Shown: positions 17,027-24,857 of the stretch, one piece after another
How positions within the stretch are numbered: the stretch's first letter is position 1
Layout: each line of letters starts with the position of its first letter
IMG/VR virus record: IMGVR_UViG_3300027719_000263
Location: 1-37,084 of that record
Origin: a virus
Taxonomy: Duplodnaviria; Caudoviricetes
DNA length: 37,084 bases
Reading direction: 5' to 3' (one strand)
Program-made: the position numbers and the translations under genes
The notes under the pieces: generated by a model
Databases searched by the model: none
Told to the model about the DNA's origin: nothing
Seen by the model: the letters and a program-made list of their open reading frames with translations, nothing else

Positions 17027-20000
17027 TTAAACTTCTCCTCCTTTGACGGCCATTGCGCACAAAGTAAAAGGCGCAGGCTCGGTTGTTTCTATTTCTATTG
17101 AGACTTCTTCCAAATATCCGCTGTCGCAAGTGCCGATAAACCTATAATCTCTCGGTAGCGGCATCGCCAACAAATCCGCGCTTCTTGAGGTTATTTTGCG
17201 CCAATCCTTCGCCTCTTCGAGGCGCTCTCCGTCTGCGCTCCATCCCACAAGTCGGTATTGCCCGCCATAGGCATTCAGCATCTTGAACTCAAGATTTGTG
17301 ATAACGATATTGCCCTCATTAAAAATTGGCGTTGTGCGCACCGTTGACCTGTAGGGAACTCCCGTATACAAGCCTTCGGGGATTTCCACATCCTCAGAAA
17401 TTGGCACGCAGTCCAGCCAGTTGTTCGTCTTCATTTCAAGAGGGTCAAGACGCTCTAAGCACATAAAACCGTTGCGCTGCACTATCAAAAATACGCTTTT
17501 GAATCCGCCCGTAGAAAGAGCGCAAGCGCTTATCACGCCATCGCCGAAGATGTATCTGCTCCAGGCCGCGACATTGTTTTCCTTATTGTAGGTGAATACG
17601 CTTACAACGCCGTCCTTCCTCACTGCAAAAATCATATTCTTTGGCGACAGCTGATTGAATATGTTTTTCACGCCGCCGCCCAAGATTTCAGGATTCATAG
17701 TGGTCAATGAAATCGAATTGTAGGCGTCAGACGCGAAGTCGTAGGCAATGCTTCCCAATTCACAGTTGCCGCGCCGCACAAAGATAACCATATTGCCGGC
17801 CTTAGCGGGCATGATGTATTCTACCCCGTCTTCAGACTGATTAGAGGCCTGAACGATGCTCGCCGTCAGGCTTTTCCCCGCTTCGCGGCTGCCCAAGCTC
17901 CATTCAGAAGAACCTAGGCCTATCATCAGGTCAGACTTTGAAACAATCCACGAGATCGGATCGCCGTCATCAGATGCAAGGGTATAGGCCAATGGATCCG
18001 TGTCTAAGTTTTGAACGCTACGGAAATTATCCCAGTTATTCGTCTGTGAAAGCCATACCGTAGAGGGTTGCTTGCGAGTTCCGCCGAGTGTCAGGCGTTC
18101 TTCGTGTATATCCACAGTGCGCGGATATCCGAATCCGTCGCTCCACGCGGATTTATAAACCTTTGTCGCCTTAAAAGAATTCCTTGCGGGATTCAGAAAC
18201 TTCACATTCGCGCTTTTTCCATCCGCGCTCACGGTTTGAATCTCCACCCAGGCATTGCAGGTCGACTCAGTATAAATGTTGAAAAAACAGCCCTCTGTTG
18301 AAGCCGCAACCGTTGTTGAACTTGTGTCTGCAACATTGCGCTGCTCAAGCAATTTTGCCCGCACAAGGCTTTTTACATTATAAACCTCGCGCTCAAACGT
18401 CGTGTTTTCAGAGCCTTGAATCGCAGAGCTGCGCCCAATTTCATTCCAAGTTACGCCGTTGTCAATCGACTCCTCCAAAATCAGGATACCCTCCCAAAGG
18501 CCTCCCTCGGGCTTAACCGTCACCTTACCGGAAGACGCAAAGGAAAGTGTTGTGCGCCCAACGTAATACCCGTCTCGCACCCCGTTATTCGCTTTTCTAT
18601 ACGCCCACTTGTATGTGTGTTGGCCGCTGTCCGAATACTCCAGCTTTAGCTGAGAACCAATCATGTCTGCCGTGAAAAACGCCCTGCCTGCAGTCACGGT
18701 TTGGATTTCGCCCGCCGTAATTAACGATGTGGCACTCCACCCCTCATTGCAGGATATCGTCAAATCCTTTTCGGGACTGTCTATTGACGGATGAAAGGTT
18801 GCGGCGTTTGTCCAAATTGCGGTAATCGCCCCCTCTTCGTCATAGGTAAATTCCAATCTTTTCGGCGCAAAACTTGAATGCGCAACGAACAAATAACCGT
18901 TGACCTGCTTAAAATGCAATTCGTGTATCGTGTCCGAGGGTATGGGCGTCACTACATCAGCCGCAATAATCTCCCCGTCCACATTTATAACGTCGAGCTT
19001 GATTACCTTTGTAGAATCCCACCTTGACCATACTTCCGATAAAATGGACTTACACCTTCCTTGTAAAACGAAGCCGCCTTCATATTCGGCAAGAACCTCA
19101 TTGCTTATGTCAAATTTTAACGCAACACAATTCCCCGAAGTCGGAATCTTGAAGGTCTTAGAGACGTCAAGGGCTGCAATGCTCGTATTTAAATCTGCGG
19201 AATCGGCAATGTAGACCGCGCACCCCTCCGCAACCAATTCGCTTAAAGCAAAAGTGAACGTGGCCTCTTTCTTCGCATTAAAGGGAATGCTTACTATATC
19301 TGTCACCGTCACGGGCTCTTCATCTTCTCCACCGCCATAATCTTCGCTCTCGCTTTCAGGAGGCTCGGGGTCGGGCAAAATCGCAGGCGTGAGCGTTATT
19401 TGCCCATCCACATACTCTATTGTGCTGCCATGCAAAGATGTTGCTGCGGAATAATTCGGCAGGCGCGTTAAAAGCGCGTTTTCGTCATCTCCCGCCTGAT
19501 AGTTCGAGAGCGTGTAATACGCAGTCGCAAGCGCTATATTTGCATCAAAAATCTTAATGTTCCAGTTATCTCCGCGTGCGTCCAAGTTTTCCATAACAAG
19601 TTCGCCGCCTCCGTCAACATAGCTTGATGCAAGCGTTCCCACCTTCACCGAGTCCAAATATACGTCAAACGCCGCACCCGTTTGGATTACGACCACCTTT
19701 TGAACGGCCGACGCCCCAAATGCAATATCCGCAAGCACAGTCAGCTCACCATATTTTAATTGCAGTTTGTTGTTTTCCAAAATCGACAGCGAAAGATTGT
19801 CCTTCTTCCAAACCGCTCGTGCTCCGTCTAAGCCCGCCGGCAGCGTTACGCAGATTGAGAATATGGACGGCAAAACAAAATCCCCGGTTGTCCACGTCAC
19901 CTGCTCGGCTTCGTCTTCGGTGCGCAAAGCCAAAATATATGAAAACTCCCTGTTGTATTCAAAGGGAATCAGGCGCACGTTGTCGGATAATTCGGTGCTG

Positions 20001-20182
20001 CCCATAACACCCAAGAGCCTCGTTCCTTCACGTCTCGATATGCCGCCCAAGGGTGAAACATTAAAATTTTCCAACTTTTGACACGCAAATGCGTGTTTTT
20101 CGGTATCGTTCCTAAAATCAAATTGCGGTGAAACCTCACCAGCGTTAAATGCCCGTCTTACTACTTTAATGCCCTTCGCCAT
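17027..20182 (-). CDS. Tail tubular protein B / nozzle (T7 gp12-like) with a ~300-aa insertion
   Basis: FNAGEVSP...LENF.VSPLGGISRREGT N-terminus, GYPRTV..HEERLTLGG, EW and AWSR motifs; 1051 aa. Confidence 0.88.
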   Translation of the reverse strand: MAKGIKVVRRAFNAGEVSPQFDFRNDTEKHAFACQKLENFNVSPLGGISRREGTRLLGVMGSTELSDNVRLIPFEYNREFSYILALRTEDEAEQVTWTTGDFVLPSIFSICVTLPAGLDGARAVWKKDNLSLSILENNKLQLKYGELTVLADIAFGASAVQKVVVIQTGAAFDVYLDSVKVGTLASSYVDGGGELVMENLDARGDNWNIKIFDANIALATAYYTLSNYQAGDDENALLTRLPNYSAATSLHGSTIEYVDGQITLTPAILPDPEPPESESEDYGGGEDEEPVTVTDIVSIPFNAKKEATFTFALSELVAEGCAVYIADSADLNTSIAALDVSKTFKIPTSGNCVALKFDISNEVLAEYEGGFVLQGRCKSILSEVWSRWDSTKVIKLDVINVDGEIIAADVVTPIPSDTIHELHFKQVNGYLFVAHSSFAPKRLEFTYDEEGAITAIWTNAATFHPSIDSPEKDLTISCNEGWSATSLITAGEIQTVTAGRAFFTADMIGSQLKLEYSDSGQHTYKWAYRKANNGVRDGYYVGRTTLSFASSGKVTVKPEGGLWEGILILEESIDNGVTWNEIGRSSAIQGSENTTFEREVYNVKSLVRAKLLEQRNVADTSSTTVAASTEGCFFNIYTESTCNAWVEIQTVSADGKSANVKFLNPARNSFKATKVYKSAWSDGFGYPRTVDIHEERLTLGGTRKQPSTVWLSQTNNWDNFRSVQNLDTDPLAYTLASDDGDPISWIVSKSDLMIGLGSSEWSLGSREAGKSLTASIVQASNQSEDGVEYIMPAKAGNMVIFVRRGNCELGSIAYDFASDAYNSISLTTMNPEILGGGVKNIFNQLSPKNMIFAVRKDGVVSVFTYNKENNVAAWSRYIFGDGVISACALSTGGFKSVFLIVQRNGFMCLERLDPLEMKTNNWLDCVPISEDVEIPEGLYTGVPYRSTVRTTPIFNEGNIVITNLEFKMLNAYGGQYRLVGWSADGERLEEAKDWRKITSRSADLLAMPLPRDYRFIGTCDSGYLEEVSIEIETTEPAPFTLCAMAVKGGEV

Positions 20183-20185
20183 GCC

Positions 20186-20195
20186 CTATATACAC
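20186..20195 (-). promoter_or_regulatory. Candidate phage late promoter GTGTATATAG (copy 2)
   Basis: Exact 10-mer 3 nt upstream of the nozzle ATG, just downstream of a terminator. Confidence 0.7.
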
Positions 20196-20204
20196 TTGTC
20201 GGGC

Positions 20205-20232
20205 AAAAAAGAGCGCGGATTTCTCCGCGCCC
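20205..20232 (-). terminator. Rho-independent terminator after the major capsid gene
   Basis: Minus strand GGGCGCGGA-gaaa-TCCGCGCTC followed by T6. Confidence 0.88.
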
Positions 20233-20263
20233 TCGAACTTAGGAATAATAGTGTATGAAGAAA

Positions 20264-21322
20264 TTAGGATTCGGAGCCTTCTTCAGGCTCTTCTGCGGTC
20301 TTAATCTTAATCTTAAACCTGCCCCAGTCGTCGTTTGCCACAACGCCCCACTCTTCATGCGCATAATACTGCGGATGGAAGCGCAGGTCAGGGTTGCGTT
20401 CAAGATAGTCTTCGAAGTCAAGATAAGGCACGAGCGACAGCGCTTCGGGCACAAACGCGAGCATTTCGCCCTGCTTGACCATCGTGCTCTTTACCCACGA
20501 GAAGCCGAACATTTCGGGGAGTTCGCCGGAGCCGCTTGAAATATCCTTGCGGGTAACAAACGGGTAATCCTTTGACAGTAGGGTTTTCAGGCTTTTTGTT
20601 ACCATCTTGCCAGCATCGAGCGGATTGATGAGCATAATCTTCCTGCCGCCATTGGGGACGTTGCACAGCTCAAGCTTCGCCTGAACCATGGCCGCGTCAT
20701 CCTCAAGCGAGAAGAAGCCGACGTTTTCGGTTTCGATTTGCCAATACTTGTTATTGGTGCTCCAGTTTTCGGTGACGGTCTTGATTTTGCCGAACGTCGG
20801 GGATGCGGGATTCAAGTCCAACATTTTGCGAGTTGACGTGGGCGCCAAAATCGCGTCGAGAACCTGCTGATTGCCCGACACAATAAAGCTCTGCCCCAAC
20901 TCTCTGATTATGGTGCTCGAGGGAGAATTGTTCATGTCGACATCGTCATCGGTCTCAAACTCATGACCCGTCTCGATTTGCGCTTTATCGCAAAGCGTTG
21001 CGTAGAAATCGATATCTTTGTGCGGAGTCCTGCGCGCCGACCATGCGGCAAACGTCTTATCCTGTGCGGCCAATGCTTCATATTGCCTGCGCGGCAATGC
21101 TGCGTCGGGCTTTTTCTGCGCGCCCTCCCTTATCCATGCGCCGGTTTCAGTATTCCAACTGCCCTTGGGGCGGTGCGACTGAACCCAATGCGCGCTGCCT
21201 TTTTGTTTGGGCTCGCTACTCACTAGGTCTTTGAGGCTGATAATGCTGTTCGAGGCGATTGCCGCCCTGAAGTTCGATGAGAAACTCTCATACGGAAGAG
21301 GTGCTTGATTTGCTTTAGGCAT
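20264..21322 (-). CDS. Major capsid protein (divergent)
   Basis: 352 aa directly after the scaffold; AAAGGA SD; own terminator; C-terminal half (R.MLINP, G.LP.MFGF.W..S) resembles podovirus capsids. Confidence 0.75.
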   Translation of the reverse strand: MPKANQAPLPYESFSSNFRAAIASNSIISLKDLVSSEPKQKGSAHWVQSHRPKGSWNTETGAWIREGAQKKPDAALPRRQYEALAAQDKTFAAWSARRTPHKDIDFYATLCDKAQIETGHEFETDDDVDMNNSPSSTIIRELGQSFIVSGNQQVLDAILAPTSTRKMLDLNPASPTFGKIKTVTENWSTNNKYWQIETENVGFFSLEDDAAMVQAKLELCNVPNGGRKIMLINPLDAGKMVTKSLKTLLSKDYPFVTRKDISSGSGELPEMFGFSWVKSTMVKQGEMLAFVPEALSLVPYLDFEDYLERNPDLRFHPQYYAHEEWGVVANDDWGRFKIKIKTAEEPEEGSES

Positions 21323-21328
21323 AAAAAT

Positions 21329-21490
21329 CCTTTCAGATAAAATTTATTTAATTTGTTTAAAAGTTGAATTGCCGTATCCGAAAATCGGGGGCTGGGTTGC
21401 GGCGTTGCAGAAGCCGCGTCTGAAAGGGTTTTCTCATGGATTAAACCTTGCGCTAAGGTGTTTTTAAAGCAGGAGAAAGGTGTCCTTCAT
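21329..21490 (-). promoter_or_regulatory. Structured 5' leader of the capsid mRNA
   Basis: 9-bp anti-SD pairing (21419-21427 with 21329-21337) enclosing hairpins GCGGC/GCCGC and CCGA/TCGG; upstream hairpin ACCTT/AAGGT. Confidence 0.55.
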
Positions 21491-21492
21491 AC

Positions 21493-21502
21493 CTATATAC
21501 AC
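21493..21502 (-). promoter_or_regulatory. Candidate phage late promoter GTGTATATAG (copy 3)
   Basis: Exact 10-mer after the scaffold terminator, at the start of the capsid leader. Confidence 0.7.
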
Positions 21503-21510
21503 CTTTGGGC

Positions 21511-21541
21511 AAAAAAAGAGCGCACCGGTTAGGATGCGCCC
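21511..21541 (-). terminator. Rho-independent terminator after the scaffold gene
   Basis: Minus strand GGGCGCATCC-taacc-GGTGCGCTC followed by T7. Confidence 0.8.
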
Positions 21542-21574
21542 CGCAACAAACAATAATAACAATACTAAACCAAA

Positions 21575-22387
21575 TTACTGAGAAGCCTTTTCGGCAAACA
21601 ATGCATTGTGCTCTTTGACGAGCGCCGCATGCTCCGGATGTGACGAATTGAGATATGCAGGATTTGCCTTAATCTGGCTGATTCGCGCATCAATATCGGA
21701 GTCGCCCTTGGCGGCACCGCCCTTAAGCGCAGTCTCTTCCTTGGCAGAAATCATGCCGTAAAACCCCTTTAAGACTTCCGGGGTCAACAGCCCGCTCGAC
21801 TCCAAGTGCCCGCGTATGCCTAAGCTATCAAGCTTCTTCATGGTCACGTCGAACTTTTCGTCAAACTTGTCGCCCCATTCCGTAGGAGCTGAGAGCGCCG
21901 CTTTGGTATTGTCGGCGGTGTCGTTTATGATTTTCGCCTGCTGAGCTTGCAGTCCTTCGACAATGCTTCCCCACCTGCCCATAACGCCCGAAAGCTGCTT
22001 ATTGGTAAGGCCAAGCTTGTGCGCTTCTTCTCTGAACGCCTTAAAGTGTTCAGCGGTCACGCCTTCAACCTCAAAGCCCTCGGGGGCTTTCCAGTCGTAT
22101 TTGTCCGCGCTTTCAGGGCGGCCAAGCTTCGCAAAGAAAGCGTCTCTTTCCGCTTGCGGCGCATCGTCTTTGGGTATGCCCTTGCCGACCATGCTTTGCG
22201 CAGACTGATAAGACTTAAGCAGTTCGTTGACGTTCAGCGAGCCCTTATCGTCCGTAAAAGCTTTGACCTTGTCGCTTACGAGGGTTTTATCCACTCCCTC
22301 CGCATCATACCAGTGCGCGGGTTGCTGCGGGGCAGCTGCGCCATTTTCAATATTCGGATTCGGATTCTGATTTTCTTCTTCTGACAT
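21575..22387 (-). CDS. Capsid scaffolding protein
   Basis: LLKSY..AQ.MVG...P, KLGRPESADKY, AHKLGLTNKQ, EWG..F and C-terminal NPAY...HPEH patterns typical of podovirus scaffolds; lies between portal and capsid. Confidence 0.85.
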   Translation of the reverse strand: MSEEENQNPNPNIENGAAAPQQPAHWYDAEGVDKTLVSDKVKAFTDDKGSLNVNELLKSYQSAQSMVGKGIPKDDAPQAERDAFFAKLGRPESADKYDWKAPEGFEVEGVTAEHFKAFREEAHKLGLTNKQLSGVMGRWGSIVEGLQAQQAKIINDTADNTKAALSAPTEWGDKFDEKFDVTMKKLDSLGIRGHLESSGLLTPEVLKGFYGMISAKEETALKGGAAKGDSDIDARISQIKANPAYLNSSHPEHAALVKEHNALFAEKASQ

Positions 22388-22598
22388 TTGATTTTCCTTT
22401 AGGTTCGTATTTTATTCCTTGTTCTATTTTTCGCACCAAATCAATTTGACCGAGCCTATACGCTTGGTCTCTTTCATTTGTTGCCACGTAAAGTTGCTCA
22501 CGATTCATTCCCGCAAGGCCTCTCAAAACATTTAAGGCCAGCTCCCCATCATGGGTGGAAAAGACCGCTTTGATTATTGCCGCTTGTTCGTCGTTCAT
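22347..22598 (-). CDS. Bbp19-like phage protein
   Basis: VFSTHDGELAL..L...AYRLGQ..LV..I pattern; canonical position just after the portal. Confidence 0.7.
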   Translation of the reverse strand: MNDEQAAIIKAVFSTHDGELALNVLRGLAGMNREQLYVATNERDQAYRLGQIDLVRKIEQGIKYEPKGKSNVRRRKSESESEY

Positions 22599-22599
22599 T

Positions 22600-24234
22600 T
22601 TACATTCCTTGCGTCATGGCATCTTGCATCGAGCCCTGTTCGGGAGTCTTTTGCAGGTCTATCTTGTCAACCATTCCCTTCATGGATTCCTGTTGCGCCT
22701 GCGCTGCTTCTGCCTCTTTTATTGCGTTAATTGTCTCTTCGTCGTTCATGAGGTCGGCAGTCGTATTGTTGTTCGCGCAAACCAGTTTGACGGTTTCTTC
22801 TTCGCTCAAATATCTCTTTGCGAGCGGCGAATTTGTCCTTACGGCGTCGATTTCGCCGAGGATGCGATAGGTATTGAGAATATTCGCGTTCAGAACGCCC
22901 TTAATCTTCGTGTCTAAGCGCGTTGTATAAACCACTTCAAAATCGGGGAACTTGCTGCCTTTTTTACGATAATTTGGCGGAACATTAACCAAACCCTTTT
23001 CGCAAAGGCCCAGGACGGTTCGGCGTATGAGCGGTTCAAACAGCTCTGAATGCAGGTTTGCCAAAATCTGCGTTATGCCCTGAATCATTTCCTCGTAGCG
23101 GAGCTGCGCCTCAGTCGCGGTCATATTCTTGCGGTCTTCCAGATATTGAAAGGCATCGTTAAAAAAGAGCGCCTTAACTTCTTCGGACTTCTTTGCCGCG
23201 AACTCCAAGGGCGCATTCATATCGCCCGACGGGCTCCAAATATCAATCTTGCCATCCATGGCATCTTTAGGGTTTTTTGCACCGGGCACTATATTTACCC
23301 TATCATGCATCTCCGCCGGAATGAAAACCATGGGATTCGCGTTGAATTCCACGTTCTTTAAGAAGTAGTAATTCGCAATGTTTATTGCCCTGAGCGCGGG
23401 CATTGCGTTCATTGCCGCCGAGCGCCCATAGATTTCGCCCGTATTAAAAAATCTCGGCACATAATAGGGGAAAGTGTCATAACCGCCCTCAAAAACCAAA
23501 TGTGGCTTGTCGACCTCTACATAGACGCTTGCAAACGGCTTGTTGTCGGCCGTCTTTTTCCCCTTTACGCGACTTAATCGCGGATAAACCGCATGAATGA
23601 ATGTAAACTTTTTGTCTTGGTCGCTTGCTTCGTTCGCGGACTTTCGAATATTCGCAGACAAATTCTCTTCGCCAAATTCCTGCACGGCCTGCCTAGCAGT
23701 AAATTGAAAACGCCTATACACAGTGTCAATTTCCCCGGCATTGTTTTCGCATATTGCAATATCTTCCGTGATTTTCCACTGCCTAAACGTCAAGCGCCCC
23801 TCACTGTCAAAGTCCGAGTAAAGAACGTCTGTGCCAAACACGACATACCCGAGCAAAAATTGTTGATAGCGCTTAATTAAGTTCGAGCGGGAAAGCGCAT
23901 TTAAAGCCTTTCTTGCGGTTGATTGTAAAAACTTTTCTAGCTCAATGTCGGAATGCTCGCCCTCTTTTTTAGGCGCGGTTATAGAAAACCACTGCTCGCC
24001 CTGGTAAATCGTATTGGCATAGAGCCATGATGCGAGCTTGCTTGCAGCCTCCACGCCAACGGTATCGAGCGGCTGCCTTTTACGGCTACCGTCCGTATTA
24101 CTGCCCAAAACCTTCAGCGGCGCAGCGTTTGGCAGACAATATCGCGCGCAGTCCTCCCAAATGCCTCTCCAGTTTGTGCGCGCCGAAGATAGGGCTGTAT
24201 AGCGTTTGACGACCTGTTCCGCAAGGTTTTCCAT
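22600..24234 (-). CDS. Portal protein (head-tail connector, T7 gp8/BPP-1 type)
   Basis: R..W...W.DCARY.LP, VVFGT, GEIYGRS, MTATEA motifs; start reassigned to MENLAEQ at 24234. Confidence 0.92.
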   Translation of the reverse strand: MENLAEQVVKRYTALSSARTNWRGIWEDCARYCLPNAAPLKVLGSNTDGSRKRQPLDTVGVEAASKLASWLYANTIYQGEQWFSITAPKKEGEHSDIELEKFLQSTARKALNALSRSNLIKRYQQFLLGYVVFGTDVLYSDFDSEGRLTFRQWKITEDIAICENNAGEIDTVYRRFQFTARQAVQEFGEENLSANIRKSANEASDQDKKFTFIHAVYPRLSRVKGKKTADNKPFASVYVEVDKPHLVFEGGYDTFPYYVPRFFNTGEIYGRSAAMNAMPALRAINIANYYFLKNVEFNANPMVFIPAEMHDRVNIVPGAKNPKDAMDGKIDIWSPSGDMNAPLEFAAKKSEEVKALFFNDAFQYLEDRKNMTATEAQLRYEEMIQGITQILANLHSELFEPLIRRTVLGLCEKGLVNVPPNYRKKGSKFPDFEVVYTTRLDTKIKGVLNANILNTYRILGEIDAVRTNSPLAKRYLSEEETVKLVCANNNTTADLMNDEETINAIKEAEAAQAQQESMKGMVDKIDLQKTPEQGSMQDAMTQGM

Positions 24235-24236
24235 AT

Positions 24237-24440
24237 TTAGCCTGTAGTCGTTTTTTGCCCCTGTGCGCTTGCGGGTTTGGTCATCATCGACGTCCAAAAT
24301 GTATTTGCGTTATCGCGAGAGTTTGCCGCCGCAATGCGCCTGCGGGTATTGTCCCCAGCCGCCTGAACCCCCTCATCCTCAAATGTGGTTGCGGCTGCCG
24401 TCTTTGCGACCCTCATGTCCTTTACGGTTCCTTTACCCAT
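24237..24440 (-). CDS. Small virion/assembly protein (T7 gp7.3-like position)
   Basis: 67-aa basic, A/T-rich protein starting MGKG and ending GQKTTTG immediately before the portal. Confidence 0.6.
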   Translation of the reverse strand: MGKGTVKDMRVAKTAAATTFEDEGVQAAGDNTRRRIAAANSRDNANTFWTSMMTKPASAQGQKTTTG

Positions 24441-24856
24441 ATGTTTTTTCTCCTGCTGGCCTTAAATCCGTTTGCGCTCGCAAACTTTGCTATGCGCTCT
24501 TGGTCTATATACACCTCAACTCGGTTTTTGAACGCATTGCGCATGATTGCCAGCATTGCGCGACGGATTTTCAGGATATGGCGCAGTTCACAAAATTTGG
24601 TTGTCCCAAAGGAAAACTCCGGGGTTGCAATGCGATTTTTAAAGATTCGGCGGTGGAAACTGAATTGCGTATACCCAAGGGGCGCGCCCGTGTCCGAGTC
24701 ATACCACAAATAGCACCATCCCGCATGAAGGAATTCGGCTTTTGTGTATCCGACTATATGCGGCAAAATCGCGTCAAGGTCGTAAGACATGCCCACAAAG
24801 CCGAGCATCTCTTCGATTTCGGTAATTGTCGGATTGCTCTCTACGTCGATTTTCAT
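24422..24856 (-). CDS. Hypothetical protein, possible GNAT-fold acetyltransferase-like (T7 gp13-like)
   Basis: 144 aa starting right after the terL stop; C-terminal VEVYID...AKFASANGFK resembles GNAT motif B. Confidence 0.5.
   Translation of the reverse strand: MKIDVESNPTITEIEEMLGFVGMSYDLDAILPHIVGYTKAEFLHAGWCYLWYDSDTGAPLGYTQFSFHRRIFKNRIATPEFSFGTTKFCELRHILKIRRAMLAIMRNAFKNRVEVYIDQERIAKFASANGFKASRRKNIWVKEP
24505..24514 (-). promoter_or_regulatory. Candidate phage late promoter GTGTATATAG (copy 4, intragenic)
   Basis: Exact 10-mer about 65 nt upstream of the gp7.3-like/portal/scaffold block. Confidence 0.55.
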
Positions 24857-24857
24857 G

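Noticed and set aside
20239-20454. T7 10B-like frameshift extension of the capsid
   Set aside because: The alternative frame ends only 25 nt past the capsid stop, and no clear slippery site was seen.
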